This document shows, in pieces, positions 49,443-59,582 of a stretch of 64,000 nucleotides of DNA (position 1 is the first letter of the stretch; each line of letters starts with the position of its first letter). Made by a program: the position numbers and the translations under genes. Below the pieces are notes generated by a model. It was not told the origin of the DNA. It ran no database searches and saw only the letters and a program-made list of their open reading frames with translations. Origin of the DNA: a virus (taxonomy: Duplodnaviria; Caudoviricetes); IMG/VR virus record IMGVR_UViG_3300011008_000999; one strand, given 5' to 3'.

Positions 49443-52400
49443 TTATAAATCATCTACAGTATAAGATAGTGTGGTAGATTCAACTGCATTAGTATCTGGA
49501 TTAGTGTAAGTAATAGTACAAGTATATGTACCATTAGAAGTAACATCAATAGATGCAGAAGTAGATCCAGTTGACCATACATAAGATGCATTTATAGTAG
49601 ATACTACTGACAGTGTAGCTTTACCAATTTCAGCAGTATTTCTATTTAGTGTAAATGTAGCCTCAACATCATTATCACTATGACCACATCCAATCTTAGA
49701 AACCATTTCAGTATATGATTCTATATGAGAAACAGTTCTATTACTAAAGTTACTTGGATTATTCATATCTTCTGCATAAGTACTAGGTGATGAATAAGTA
49801 GCATACGTAGATATCTTTTCATCTAATTCACCTGTAGCGTAGTTATATCCATCATTATCTTCAAGCCATCCACCGCTCATTATAACAGGATTTTCTATTC
49901 TATCTAGTTGACCATTTACGAAAATAGAAACGTTAGAATATTGATGGAAATATCCATTACTATTCATCTGACAATGAGGAGATGATCCTTTTGCTTGAAT
50001 CATAACTACCCAGTCCTGATTCCAGTTACGTAACATACCATAATACTTATGATAAGGTGCATAAGGTAAACACTGATGTACACAAACATCATCATGTATT
50101 TCAGGAACCAGTACATAACAACTATCATTGTGTACATGTTTTAATTCATACATAGATGTAGCATTTACTACATGATGTTCTGAACTAAGAATATTATTAC
50201 AAGTTGTACACTTAGTTACAATATCATATGAACCTTTAGAATTAGGACTTGGAGCAATATTATTCTGAATTAAAGTAACTGTAGTATGACCTAAAGGACT
50301 AGTTTCAGAATCTGTATAAGAATCTCCACATCTATCACATTTATGTATTGTATATCCAGCCTTAGTACATGTTGGATTAACTACAGTTTCCTTATAATCG
50401 TGTCCTAATGGATCAATATCTTCAGTCTTAGTTCTACTACAATATTCACATGTATATGATACTGTTCCAGGTTCCAAACAAGTAGCTGTCTTAATAAATT
50501 TACCAGTTTTCCATTTATGTTCTACTATAGGCAATTCATCTGTAATATATGAATCTCCACATCTAGAACATAGATGTTCAGTATGACCACCATGTTCACA
50601 TGTAGGCTTAACTACTGTTTCTTTATAATCATGTCCTAAAGCAGGAACTTCGACAATTTCGTCTTTAGATATAGTTTGACAATATGTACAATATGTAATC
50701 TTATGATATATACCAGGTTTATCACATGTAGGAGCTTCTTCAGCTGATTGTGTAGTAAATTCAGTAAATTTACATCCACCTTGCTCATCATAGAATATTG
50801 CCTTATCTAAAGCTCTTAATGTATCTACTAGTTCTGTAAATGACATGTCGTTAGTAACCGTAATACCTGCTCTTTCGAGTGCAGCACTTTGTGTCGCTAT
50901 AGCGGTTACTAACTTCTGTTTACCTATAGCTACACATTGAAAATTTTCGTCAAGCTGCTGATGATATACATCCAAGTTATTTTTGTAAGCTTTAAGTAAC
51001 TCTAATAATTCTTGATCATTTTCGTAGTTAGATAATGCTAATGTATTATAATTAGTATCAATAGCACTACTTAATGTACTAAACTTAGTATTAAAGTTAG
51101 TAAAATTACTAGAAATTAACTCATTCACTGACCCAAACTGAGAATTAATAATCTCATTCTGGTTAGCAATATTAGAATCTACTGCTGAAGTAATATTCTG
51201 ACTTACTGTGTCCATTTTACTAGATAGTAAGTTATGATATTGTTCAACCTGATTACCTAAATCAGTAAACTGTAAAGAAATGTTATTGTCTAATGTAGAA
51301 ATTAATCCTTGGTAAGTAGTCTGAAGATCATTTACCTTATTGATTAACTTAGTATTGTTATCAATACTAGTAGTGGTTAATGCATTCTGTACATTAACAA
51401 GTTTTGTTATTGTATCATTAAACTCAGTTTTACTCTGATTTGATAATGCTACAATTAAGCTATTAACATCTCCAATAGTTTCATCAAAATGAGTCTGAAT
51501 ATCATTTAATTCAGTCTGAATCTTATTAAACTCTAGTTGAACTTCTTCTAACTTCTTTTCATTTAAAGTATTAAGTAAGTTCTGAATGTCAGTATTAGCA
51601 GTATCTACTTCAGATGAAATATTATCTAATTCACCTATTAATACCTCTTTAGCATCGGTAATACCTTGATTAATAGCTTCAAAATCTGTATCAAGAGTAT
51701 CATATAAATCAGATGCAAATTCATCAATGTGATTATTAAGATCTACTTTGAACTGTGTGATACTATTCTTTAAAGTTGTGTCATTTTCAGTTATAGTATT
51801 ATTAAGTGTAGTAAGATCGTCATTAATAGTATCAAGTTTAGTGTTTACTTCAGTAAACTTGTCTAAAATATCTTTAGACTGCTCTTCATCTACTTTCTCA
51901 ATAAGTTCAACAATAGTCTTAGTAGAATCAGATATCTGAGTAGACAAATCATCTACACCAGTAGTCAAACTATCAGTAGAAGTAGTAATTTGTTCAGATA
52001 ATTTAGTGAAATTTTCCTTAAGAAGTTCTTTGTTATCATCATTTGTCTTTGATAAATACTCATCTAACTTAGTAGAAAAGTCATTGATTTTCTTAATAGT
52101 ATCATCATATTGTGTTTTATTATCTGATTTCAGAGTATCTAATTCTGAAGAAATAGAATTCAATTTAGCAACTAAATCATCATATTTCTTCTGTGCATCA
52201 GCTGTCTGACCTTCATTTACTAAGTTAATTACTTCAGTAAGAGTATCTTTAGCTGATGTTATTTTATTTTGTAATTCCTTTGTATCAACTGTGAAAGTAT
52301 TTATTGTAGTGTTTATATCCTGAGATAAATTATCAAAACTAGTATCTATTGTATCTTCTTGCTTAACTACAATAGTACTAATTCCATTTATAGTATCTTT

Positions 52401-52610
52401 ACTAGAATTTACATTGACTTTAACCGTATCTAACTGTGTTGCCATATCAGTTAAATCTGCAGATATTTGTTTATTAGTTTTATCAAGTTCAGCCATAGCA
52501 ATTGCGCGCTGATTCCAAATAGAAAAACCAATTATTGCAATTAGTAAAGATAAAATTACTACAGGAATAACTACTTTTACTGTTGAGCGTTTATCCTTAT
52601 TCTTCTGCAT
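49443..52610 (-). CDS. Large membrane-anchored coiled-coil protein with Cys/His-rich repeats
   Basis: N-terminal TM, about 540 aa of heptad-like sequence, repeats GHDYKETVV.PTC...G...H.C.RCGDSY, Ig-like end. Confidence 0.85.
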   Translation of the reverse strand: MQKNKDKRSTVKVVIPVVILSLLIAIIGFSIWNQRAIAMAELDKTNKQISADLTDMATQLDTVKVNVNSSKDTINGISTIVVKQEDTIDTSFDNLSQDINTTINTFTVDTKELQNKITSAKDTLTEVINLVNEGQTADAQKKYDDLVAKLNSISSELDTLKSDNKTQYDDTIKKINDFSTKLDEYLSKTNDDNKELLKENFTKLSEQITTSTDSLTTGVDDLSTQISDSTKTIVELIEKVDEEQSKDILDKFTEVNTKLDTINDDLTTLNNTITENDTTLKNSITQFKVDLNNHIDEFASDLYDTLDTDFEAINQGITDAKEVLIGELDNISSEVDTANTDIQNLLNTLNEKKLEEVQLEFNKIQTELNDIQTHFDETIGDVNSLIVALSNQSKTEFNDTITKLVNVQNALTTTSIDNNTKLINKVNDLQTTYQGLISTLDNNISLQFTDLGNQVEQYHNLLSSKMDTVSQNITSAVDSNIANQNEIINSQFGSVNELISSNFTNFNTKFSTLSSAIDTNYNTLALSNYENDQELLELLKAYKNNLDVYHQQLDENFQCVAIGKQKLVTAIATQSAALERAGITVTNDMSFTELVDTLRALDKAIFYDEQGGCKFTEFTTQSAEEAPTCDKPGIYHKITYCTYCQTISKDEIVEVPALGHDYKETVVKPTCEHGGHTEHLCSRCGDSYITDELPIVEHKWKTGKFIKTATCLEPGTVSYTCEYCSRTKTEDIDPLGHDYKETVVNPTCTKAGYTIHKCDRCGDSYTDSETSPLGHTTVTLIQNNIAPSPNSKGSYDIVTKCTTCNNILSSEHHVVNATSMYELKHVHNDSCYVLVPEIHDDVCVHQCLPYAPYHKYYGMLRNWNQDWVVMIQAKGSSPHCQMNSNGYFHQYSNVSIFVNGQLDRIENPVIMSGGWLEDNDGYNYATGELDEKISTYATYSSPSTYAEDMNNPSNFSNRTVSHIESYTEMVSKIGCGHSDNDVEATFTLNRNTAEIGKATLSVVSTINASYVWSTGSTSASIDVTSNGTYTCTITYTNPDTNAVESTTLSYTVDDL

Positions 52611-52629
52611 GATTATCTCTCCAAATAAA

Positions 52630-52655
52630 TTCTGCCTGTATTTCTACAGGCAGAA
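52630..52655 (-). terminator. Hairpin/terminator between the two coiled-coil paralogs
   Basis: TTCTGCCTGTA-GAAA-TACAGGCAGAA. Confidence 0.7.
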
Positions 52656-52664
52656 ATAAATAAG

Positions 52665-55607
52665 TTATTTTACATGTCCACATACGCCGCATTTATCATG
52701 AACTTGATATAATCTGAATGTACCATTTATTCCAGTTCCCGCATTGACATTAGTCAATCCAGCTACTTCATTCATATATGTATCAGTAGTTCCTGGTAAT
52801 CTATGAGAAGTAATCCAAGCAGGTGAACCTGCCCAACCACCTAAGAATATCATAGCGCTACCTTCTGTGTACCAAGTACCCTGTCCATTAATTGATACAG
52901 CAGTACCACTTCCAATATTACCATAATGCCAATATCCAGCTCCAGATGGACCTCTAGCATCTCCAGCATAACATGATAAATATATTTGAATAGATGGCTG
53001 TTGTAAATATACCTTAGCTGTTTGATTATATGTATGTTCAGCTAAAGGAATATCTTGGCTATCATAATGATATCCACATGCGCAAGTATAGGTATGTGTT
53101 CCTTTTACTGTACAGGTTGAATTAGTCTTTACTGTAGCAGTATAGGTATGATTTGTAGAAAATACTTGATGACATCTACTACACCAAGTATGAGCATTTG
53201 CTTGTCCAGCATATACTTCATTATGACCTAAAGCTGTAGTATAATCAGTATTAGCTAGTTTATCTCCACATCTTGTACAAGTATGAGTTGTATATCCCTG
53301 TTCTGTACAAGTAGGAGCTACTACAACTGAATCATACTCATGTCCTAAAGCCGGAGTAACTCTTTGAGTAGATGATAATTTTGCATTACATCTATCACAA
53401 TAAACTACTTCATTATGAATTCCAGTAAGAGTACATGTAGGTAAACTTACAGGTTCATTTACAAATTCTCTAGGATCATGACCTAAAGCTGGAACTATAT
53501 TATCGTCATAATAATAATCACAAGGTATTCCAGTATTAGGATCTATATTAGTGCAATAATGTCTAGTACATCCTTGTTCAGTACATGTAGGTGGGATTAC
53601 CGCTGTACTTAAATTATGTCCTGTTTTAGGTATAACTACCCAAACATTTGTAGCATCTGCTTCACAAGTTAAACAATATTGAACATCATTGTAACCTCCA
53701 TCTTCTTCACAGGTAGGTTCAATTCTATTTCTAACTTGTCTTTCAAGTACACAATACTTAGGATCTACTGGAATATGAATATCCAATTCTAGATTAACAA
53801 TTCCATCAGCTAATTCGTCCCAAGTTTCTGTACCATCCCATCTTTGACCATCCGCTCTAACTGATCCTTTGTCGTTAAGTGCGGATGCTATGTCAGATTT
53901 GATCTTAACGACATTTTGAAAAGACTGTTCTGCATTAGTATTATAAGAGTCAACAGATTGCTGATACTGTGTGATTAGTGCTGCAATTTCATCTTTATTT
54001 TCTTGTTCCTGCTGGCTCAAATTATTATAGTTAGTAGTTAACTGATTACTAATAGAATTGAAGTCATTTTCAATATTTTGACTTTGTGTAGACAAGCTGC
54101 TATTAACATCATCAAACTTGCCGTTAATTGTAGAGGTCTGATTGTTAATACTCGTATTAACACTTTCAGTAATTTGAGTATTTACAGAGTCTAATTTCTC
54201 ATTAATACTAGCATTACCATTAGATATAGTAGTAGATAAATCGGAAAAAGACTCATCTACACTAGTCTGTAATTCTGATATAGACTGTTCATATTCAGTT
54301 TTCATAGTATCTAACTTATTCTGAAGATCCGTTTTAGATGTATTACTTACTTCAGTTAAATCAGTCTGAATACTAGTAAGTTTATCAATAGTATTGCTAT
54401 ATTCTGTAGCATTCTGCGTAGATAAATCGCTAATAAGAGTACTAATACTTGCCAATGTACCGTCAAAATGTGTTGTTATAGTATCTAAGTGTGTCTGGAT
54501 ATCTTCAATCTTATTTGGCAAATCATCTGCATTATCTTCTTCAATCTGATTGATTAAATCAGTAATTTCAGTTTTTGCTGTAGATATTTCTGTAGAAAGA
54601 TTAGAGATATCTGTTTCTAAAGTAGATACAGAATTACTAATATTATCATTTACTGTTCTGAATTCTACAGTTAATTTTTCATCAAGAAGACCTTCAAATT
54701 CATCTAAGTGATCATTGACCTCGGTAGTAAAGTTATTTATTTGCTCAGTAACCTCACTATGCTGTGTAGCAGTAGTCTCAGATAAGCTTAAAATAGAACT
54801 ATTTACTGTATCAATATCTGTACTTAATGCTGTAAATTGTTCATTTAAGTATTCTGGATTATTACTTTTAGTAGATTCAATTAGTGCTGTGATTGTCTCA
54901 GTAGATGTACTAACTGTTGTAGAAATAGAATTAAGATTTGCAGTTAATGTGGTTAAAGTAGTATCTACTTTTGTTGTCATTTCTGAAAAATTAGTTTTGA
55001 TTGTCTCAGCTAATTCTTCATTAGACGTTTCTAAATATTTATTTAATTCAGTCTGAAAATTATTTAGCTTAGCAATGATCTTTTCATATGAATCTTTATT
55101 AGCTTTAGACATTTCATCTATCTGTCCGCTAATATCATTAAGCTTAGCTAAAATGGCTTCAAACTTCGTCATTATCTCTGCGTTCTGACCTTCGTTGATT
55201 TCCGTTATTAAAGTATTTATGTCAGTTTTTGTAGTTTCTACCTGTTTAGATAAATCAGACAAGTCAGTTGTCATCTGATTAAGAACTGTATCTATGTCCT
55301 CATTGACAGATGTAAAACTATAGTTTAATGTTTCACTTGTTTCATTTATAGTAGTTTTAATATTCTCGACTTCACTTTGGTTAGTGTCGATAATACTACT
55401 CATACTATCAAGTGTCACTGACATAGTTTCTAACTGCTCTTTTATTTGAGCTGTTGACGATAGTGGAGTAACGGTATCATCTATCGTCGTCATTGGTGGA
55501 CGCTTATAAGCAGAGTATAAGCCTAGTCCAAGTAAAAGACATATAATAAAAATAGAAAAAGCTATTAGTATTATACGCCTTTTTGGTGGATGAAATTTCT
55601 TATCCAT
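52665..55607 (-). CDS. Large membrane-anchored coiled-coil protein with Cys/His-rich repeats (paralog of 49443..52610)
   Basis: Same architecture; PALGH...PTCTEQG...C..CG repeats. Confidence 0.85.
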   Translation of the reverse strand: MDKKFHPPKRRIILIAFSIFIICLLLGLGLYSAYKRPPMTTIDDTVTPLSSTAQIKEQLETMSVTLDSMSSIIDTNQSEVENIKTTINETSETLNYSFTSVNEDIDTVLNQMTTDLSDLSKQVETTKTDINTLITEINEGQNAEIMTKFEAILAKLNDISGQIDEMSKANKDSYEKIIAKLNNFQTELNKYLETSNEELAETIKTNFSEMTTKVDTTLTTLTANLNSISTTVSTSTETITALIESTKSNNPEYLNEQFTALSTDIDTVNSSILSLSETTATQHSEVTEQINNFTTEVNDHLDEFEGLLDEKLTVEFRTVNDNISNSVSTLETDISNLSTEISTAKTEITDLINQIEEDNADDLPNKIEDIQTHLDTITTHFDGTLASISTLISDLSTQNATEYSNTIDKLTSIQTDLTEVSNTSKTDLQNKLDTMKTEYEQSISELQTSVDESFSDLSTTISNGNASINEKLDSVNTQITESVNTSINNQTSTINGKFDDVNSSLSTQSQNIENDFNSISNQLTTNYNNLSQQEQENKDEIAALITQYQQSVDSYNTNAEQSFQNVVKIKSDIASALNDKGSVRADGQRWDGTETWDELADGIVNLELDIHIPVDPKYCVLERQVRNRIEPTCEEDGGYNDVQYCLTCEADATNVWVVIPKTGHNLSTAVIPPTCTEQGCTRHYCTNIDPNTGIPCDYYYDDNIVPALGHDPREFVNEPVSLPTCTLTGIHNEVVYCDRCNAKLSSTQRVTPALGHEYDSVVVAPTCTEQGYTTHTCTRCGDKLANTDYTTALGHNEVYAGQANAHTWCSRCHQVFSTNHTYTATVKTNSTCTVKGTHTYTCACGYHYDSQDIPLAEHTYNQTAKVYLQQPSIQIYLSCYAGDARGPSGAGYWHYGNIGSGTAVSINGQGTWYTEGSAMIFLGGWAGSPAWITSHRLPGTTDTYMNEVAGLTNVNAGTGINGTFRLYQVHDKCGVCGHVK

Positions 55608-55645
55608 ATTGTTTTCCTCCAGTCATTACAACTTAGTCACACAGA

Positions 55646-55665
55646 TGTATAATTAAATAGCTCTT
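55646..55665 (-). promoter_or_regulatory. Class II motif upstream of the giant coiled-coil genes
   Basis: Identical to 47439-47458. Confidence 0.6.
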
Positions 55666-55744
55666 TATTTGACTAATATGCATAAAAATAGAACAAACTA
55701 TTGTATAGTTTGTTTAATAAAGTTTTTATAATTATAAGATAGAA

Positions 55745-56179
55745 TTAAAATCGTTCCATCTCTCTTTTCATATCTTTTTCTTTAATTGATTGACGTTTGT
55801 CATAATTATGCTTACCTTTACATATACCGAGAAGAACTTTAACCTTATCATTCTTCATGTACATCTTTAAAGGAATAAGAGTAATTCCATTGTCAATTAA
55901 CTTGTTCTTAAGGGACCTAATTTCCTGCTTATGAACAAGTAATCTTCTATTTCTTCTTTCTGCTACATCATAGTCCATAGCTTTATCATACTTAGCAATA
56001 TGAGTGCCAATAAGAATAAGTTCATTATTTTCAATAGAAATATATGAATCCTTAAGATTACATGAACCTTTCTTTATAGACTTAATTTCATGACCTTTGA
56101 GCTCAATACCACATTCAATGGTATCAAGCACAAAATAGTCATAATAAGCTTTTCTATTTTCTATGTTAATAGAATTCAT
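55745..56179 (-). CDS. smpB: SsrA-binding protein SmpB
   Basis: NRKAYYDYF, ECGIELKGHEIKS, RRLLVHK.EI, GKHNYDKR. Confidence 0.96.
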   Translation of the reverse strand: MNSINIENRKAYYDYFVLDTIECGIELKGHEIKSIKKGSCNLKDSYISIENNELILIGTHIAKYDKAMDYDVAERRNRRLLVHKQEIRSLKNKLIDNGITLIPLKMYMKNDKVKVLLGICKGKHNYDKRQSIKEKDMKREMERF

Positions 56180-56346
56180 AATTGCTCCTTGATAGCGCTA
56201 ATAGTCTGTTTTAATGGACATTCAAAATTCTCAGCTTCTTCATCAAATAACCAACATGCTTCGCATCCAGCAGGCTGATCTTCAATACACTCACAAAGTA
56301 CTTCAGCATGATTGATAAGTTTCTTAATATCTTCAGGATTTACCAT
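56176..56346 (-). CDS. Small Cys-rich protein (56 aa, not in ORF track)
   Basis: MVNPEDIKK...LCECI...GCEACW...CPL; AAGGAG RBS; stop overlaps the smpB start. Confidence 0.6.
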   Translation of the reverse strand: MVNPEDIKKLINHAEVLCECIEDQPAGCEACWLFDEEAENFECPLKQTISAIKEQL

Positions 56347-56412
56347 ATTATACTCCTTATTATTTTTCTTTATTAAGGCAAATAGTAGTTTACATAATTT
56401 CCTTTGGATTCA

Positions 56413-56832
56413 TCATCCTTCAATATACTGTCTTACTACTCCCTGAGCCATCTTACCATCAAGAGCACTACCGAACTGCGCCTTAAGAGTCTTCATACAT
56501 ACACCAATGTTCTTCTCAATATTGTTAGTATTGAGGTACTCAAGAATCTGTTCTTCAGTAACTGCCTGAGGAAGCAGTCCCTGACAATAACCTACCTTTT
56601 CAGCAATCTCAGTTGCTCTTACAGAATCATTCTTTACATACTCGTATAAATCATTAAGCTGCTTGATCTCATTCTTTGCTGCCTTAATGAAGTCATCATC
56701 AGTTACAGCACGATTACCATCATTCTTTGCGATCTTCTGAGCATTCTCAAGAATAGATCTATATGTAAGCTTTGCAGCCTCATTCTTGTCTTTCATTGCA
56801 TCTTTAATTAGCATTCTTACTCTTGCTTCCAT
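56413..56832 (-). CDS. GatB/YqeY domain protein
   Basis: IKDAMKDK...EIKQL...LLPQ...IGVCMK.LK...DGK. Confidence 0.85.
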   Translation of the reverse strand: MEARVRMLIKDAMKDKNEAAKLTYRSILENAQKIAKNDGNRAVTDDDFIKAAKNEIKQLNDLYEYVKNDSVRATEIAEKVGYCQGLLPQAVTEEQILEYLNTNNIEKNIGVCMKTLKAQFGSALDGKMAQGVVRQYIEG

Positions 56833-56854
56833 TTCTTTTATCTCCTTTTTATTA

Positions 56855-57412
56855 TTATACTAAGAAGCTTATACACTTCTTAATTTCATTCATAATATCA
56901 TTATAGATTTCATCCATTGAGACAGGACCATTATTATGAGCATCTACTGCTACATTATATATATAAGGTCTATCTTCAAGGAACTTCTGCTTGCTATGCG
57001 TATGACCAAAAAGATTAAATACACAAGTCTTAGGATTACTGTTCAAATCTGCGGTAAGTGTAGGATAGTGACTAATATAGAACTTTCGTCCCTTATATTC
57101 GATCTGCTTAGCTAAACAAATCTCAATAATCTTATCACATCGCTTATATACTTCGATCTTAGCAGGAGTATCGTGATTACCAAGAATAAGAATAATCTTA
57201 CCCTTGAGTATTTTCAATGTATTCTCTACAAACTCAATATCTGAGCCAAAAAAGAAGTCGCCATCTACAATAACAGTATCTTCATCAGTTACAATATTAT
57301 TCCAATTTCTGATAAGAGTTTCATTTGATTCCTTACAAGACTTAAAGCCTCTTGGACCCCAAATAAACTCTCTATCATGATTAAAATGTAAATCAGACGT
57401 TAAATAAAGCAT
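56855..57412 (-). CDS. Calcineurin-like metallophosphoesterase
   Basis: SDLHFNH, GDF, GNHD, SHYP, FGHTH. Confidence 0.92.
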   Translation of the reverse strand: MLYLTSDLHFNHDREFIWGPRGFKSCKESNETLIRNWNNIVTDEDTVIVDGDFFFGSDIEFVENTLKILKGKIILILGNHDTPAKIEVYKRCDKIIEICLAKQIEYKGRKFYISHYPTLTADLNSNPKTCVFNLFGHTHSKQKFLEDRPYIYNVAVDAHNNGPVSMDEIYNDIMNEIKKCISFLV

Positions 57413-57413
57413 T

Positions 57414-57884
57414 TTATTTATTCTCCATTATAAAATCAAATATCTCTTTAGGTACATATTTAGATATGTCTTTCTTGTGTTTAAGAAGTTCTCTTACCAT
57501 ACTAGAACTTACATGACCAAGCTGTCCAGCTCTAATATAAATTGTGTCAACTCCTGTAACTTCTTCATTAACTGATGCAAGGTTTTCTTCATATTCATAA
57601 TCCATACCATTACGAATACCACGAACTAATACATCACAGTTATACTCAATAGCTGCATCTACACCTAAACCTGTAAATACAACTACTTTTGTATTTGTTA
57701 TACCTTCTCTTTCAAGAACGTCTTTAATTAAAAGTGCCATTGTACTTTGATTATATTTTCTTGTTTTAGCTGGATTAACTCCAACACCAATTACAAGACG
57801 ATCAAATAGCTTAGATGCTCTTTTAATTACATGTAAATGTCCATTTGTAAATGGATCAAAACTACCAGCATAAAAACCGTTCAT
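57414..57884 (-). CDS. coaD: Phosphopantetheine adenylyltransferase
   Basis: GSFDPFTNGH, NPAK, VRGIR...DYEYE, VSSSMVREL. Confidence 0.92.
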   Translation of the reverse strand: MNGFYAGSFDPFTNGHLHVIKRASKLFDRLVIGVGVNPAKTRKYNQSTMALLIKDVLEREGITNTKVVVFTGLGVDAAIEYNCDVLVRGIRNGMDYEYEENLASVNEEVTGVDTIYIRAGQLGHVSSSMVRELLKHKKDISKYVPKEIFDFIMENK

Positions 57885-57893
57885 ATATTCTCC

Positions 57894-58298
57894 TTAACAA
57901 TATTTTTCTTTATATTCGTTATACAGTTTTTTAATTTGATCTCTAGCATCATCTTCATTATCTGCCTTAATATTGAGCACTCTATATCTAATGCTAGTAA
58001 AAGCTGCCGCAGTACTTAATTCAGTATGACCTTCAACACCAATGTGTTTATCAAGATGTACAGCGTTAAATGCACCTTTCTTAAGATCAGCCATATCGTA
58101 GTATGCCTTATAATAAGTAAATAACTTATACTCATTAGGATCATACATACCATCTGCAGTTTCCTGTTCATCTATAGTACAAGAATGTAACTCAGCATAA
58201 ATCTGAGCTTGAACTTTATCAGTAAAAACTTTTTCTATTCCAGATTCATCAAAGTCATGCCATACACACACATAAATTTTCATATTATATGCCTCCAA
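57894..58298 (-). CDS. Hypothetical protein
   Basis: Coupled ORF; probable start at MKIYV. Confidence 0.7.
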   Translation of the reverse strand: MEAYNMKIYVCVWHDFDESGIEKVFTDKVQAQIYAELHSCTIDEQETADGMYDPNEYKLFTYYKAYYDMADLKKGAFNAVHLDKHIGVEGHTELSTAAAFTSIRYRVLNIKADNEDDARDQIKKLYNEYKEKYC

Positions 58299-58751
58299 TT
58301 AAGTTAAAGTAGTTGTACATGTACCTTTATGATCAGGACCAGTAAGTGCATCCAAAATATCGGCAAAGATCTTTTCTTTATCAGTATTAACGAATGTATT
58401 GCATGTGCAATATGTCATAAGACTTGTAGGTTCTTCTGTAAACTGTACTACAATTATACGTTTATGATTAGCAAACGCATAACCTTGTTCCCAGTTAGTT
58501 CCGGCAGAACCAATTCTACCAGGTGTAATCATAAGGAATATATCTGCTTTATCAATGGCTTTTTTATCAGCTTCAAATACTAGCTGTGCCCAATCTTCTT
58601 GAGAATAATCCCAAGCATTTTCGATTTTAAGTTCAAATGGACAATATATTTCATATCCATTCTTTCTTAAATGTTTTGCTATATTTACCATTAAAGTTCT
58701 CTGTTCAGATGAACAACTACCTGCTAAATAAATCATATACATACCTCTCAT
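58299..58751 (-). CDS. Nucleoside 2-deoxyribosyltransferase family protein
   Basis: IYLAG, D..AID.AD, SAGTNWEQGYA. Confidence 0.85.
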   Translation of the reverse strand: MRGMYMIYLAGSCSSEQRTLMVNIAKHLRKNGYEIYCPFELKIENAWDYSQEDWAQLVFEADKKAIDKADIFLMITPGRIGSAGTNWEQGYAFANHKRIIVVQFTEEPTSLMTYCTCNTFVNTDKEKIFADILDALTGPDHKGTCTTTLT

Positions 58752-58848
58752 ATATTTATTATGAGTCTATTATAACATGAATTTTTAGTAACGTAAATAG
58801 TTTTGATAAAAGAAAAATGGACATGAGATTTTTCTCACATCCATTTGA

Positions 58849-59019
58849 TGGGGATATTGAGGATTCGAACACTCGAAGCCGCATTACTCCACGTTCGTCA
58901 TTGATGTTGCGCATCCATCAATCTAGAATCATATTACACTCGAGTTTATATGATTCACGTTTTGTCTTTTTTGGCACGTACTCTCCGCACGCCACTTTGT
59001 CCACTTGTATATCACCCCA
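58849..59019 (-). ncRNA. tRNA-like RNA with multi-hairpin interior
   Basis: TGGGG..ATAT/ATATCCCCA ends, D-like AAGTGG, T-like GTTCGAATC, hairpins GAATCATAT/ATATGATTC and ATTGATG/CATCAAT. Confidence 0.6.
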
Positions 59020-59026
59020 TGATAAG

Positions 59027-59167
59027 CAGTCTCCCCAGGAGTCGAACCTAGGACCTTTGTAGCGTCGTACCCCATCCGGTAACCTTTCTTGCGGAAAGAT
59101 CTGCATGCATTTACTTTAGGGTACCGGGCCCGCATTACTCTACTTGTAGTGTCAGTTAGCTAGACTG
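59027..59167 (-). ncRNA. tRNA-like RNA with expanded interior
   Basis: CAGTCT/AGACTG, T arm CTAGG-TTCGACT-CCTGG, inner stems GTACCC/GGGTAC and CTTTC/GAAAG. Confidence 0.55.
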
Positions 59168-59361
59168 TCTTTCAAATATTTCACTGCCCTTCATCAAGAC
59201 CATATTAATTAGTATAGGCTGTTCGTCAAACTCCAGTTAGCAATTCAAACCCAACTTAGACTTACCGGCTAAGAGCGCTTCTAGCTTGCACAGGGCAATT
59301 TACACGCCGCGTCTTAACTCCACTCTGCAGCAGTATCTAAGAATTACAGTTTGCACCTAAA

Positions 59362-59433
59362 AGTCGACGGTGGGAGTCGAACCCACGATACTGGTTTTGC
59401 AGACCAAGGCCTTAACCACTTGGCTACGTCGAC
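59362..59433 (-). tRNA. tRNA-Cys(GCA)
   Basis: TTGGT-CT GCA AA-ACCAG; U73. Confidence 0.93.
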
Positions 59434-59582
59434 AAACATAATTTATAGAAAGTTTTATTTAGTATACATAGCTCGACAATACATTTTTCTTATTGTACTA
59501 AATCTAATTACCTGATCTCGCTTACCTTTAGTCATTTCATAATTCTAAGGCTGCACCTTTTGTTTCATAAATCGTTTTCATT

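Noticed and set aside
49443-55607. Diversity-generating retroelement targets
   Set aside because: No reverse transcriptase and no template/variable repeat pair were visible.
58817-59135. ORFs 58817..59062, 58918..59106 and 58929..59135
   Set aside because: Open only because the region is GC-rich structured RNA; they overlap tRNA-like elements.
59021-59360. RNase P RNA
   Set aside because: The conserved GAGGAAAGTCC and ACAGAA..CGGCTTA elements are absent.
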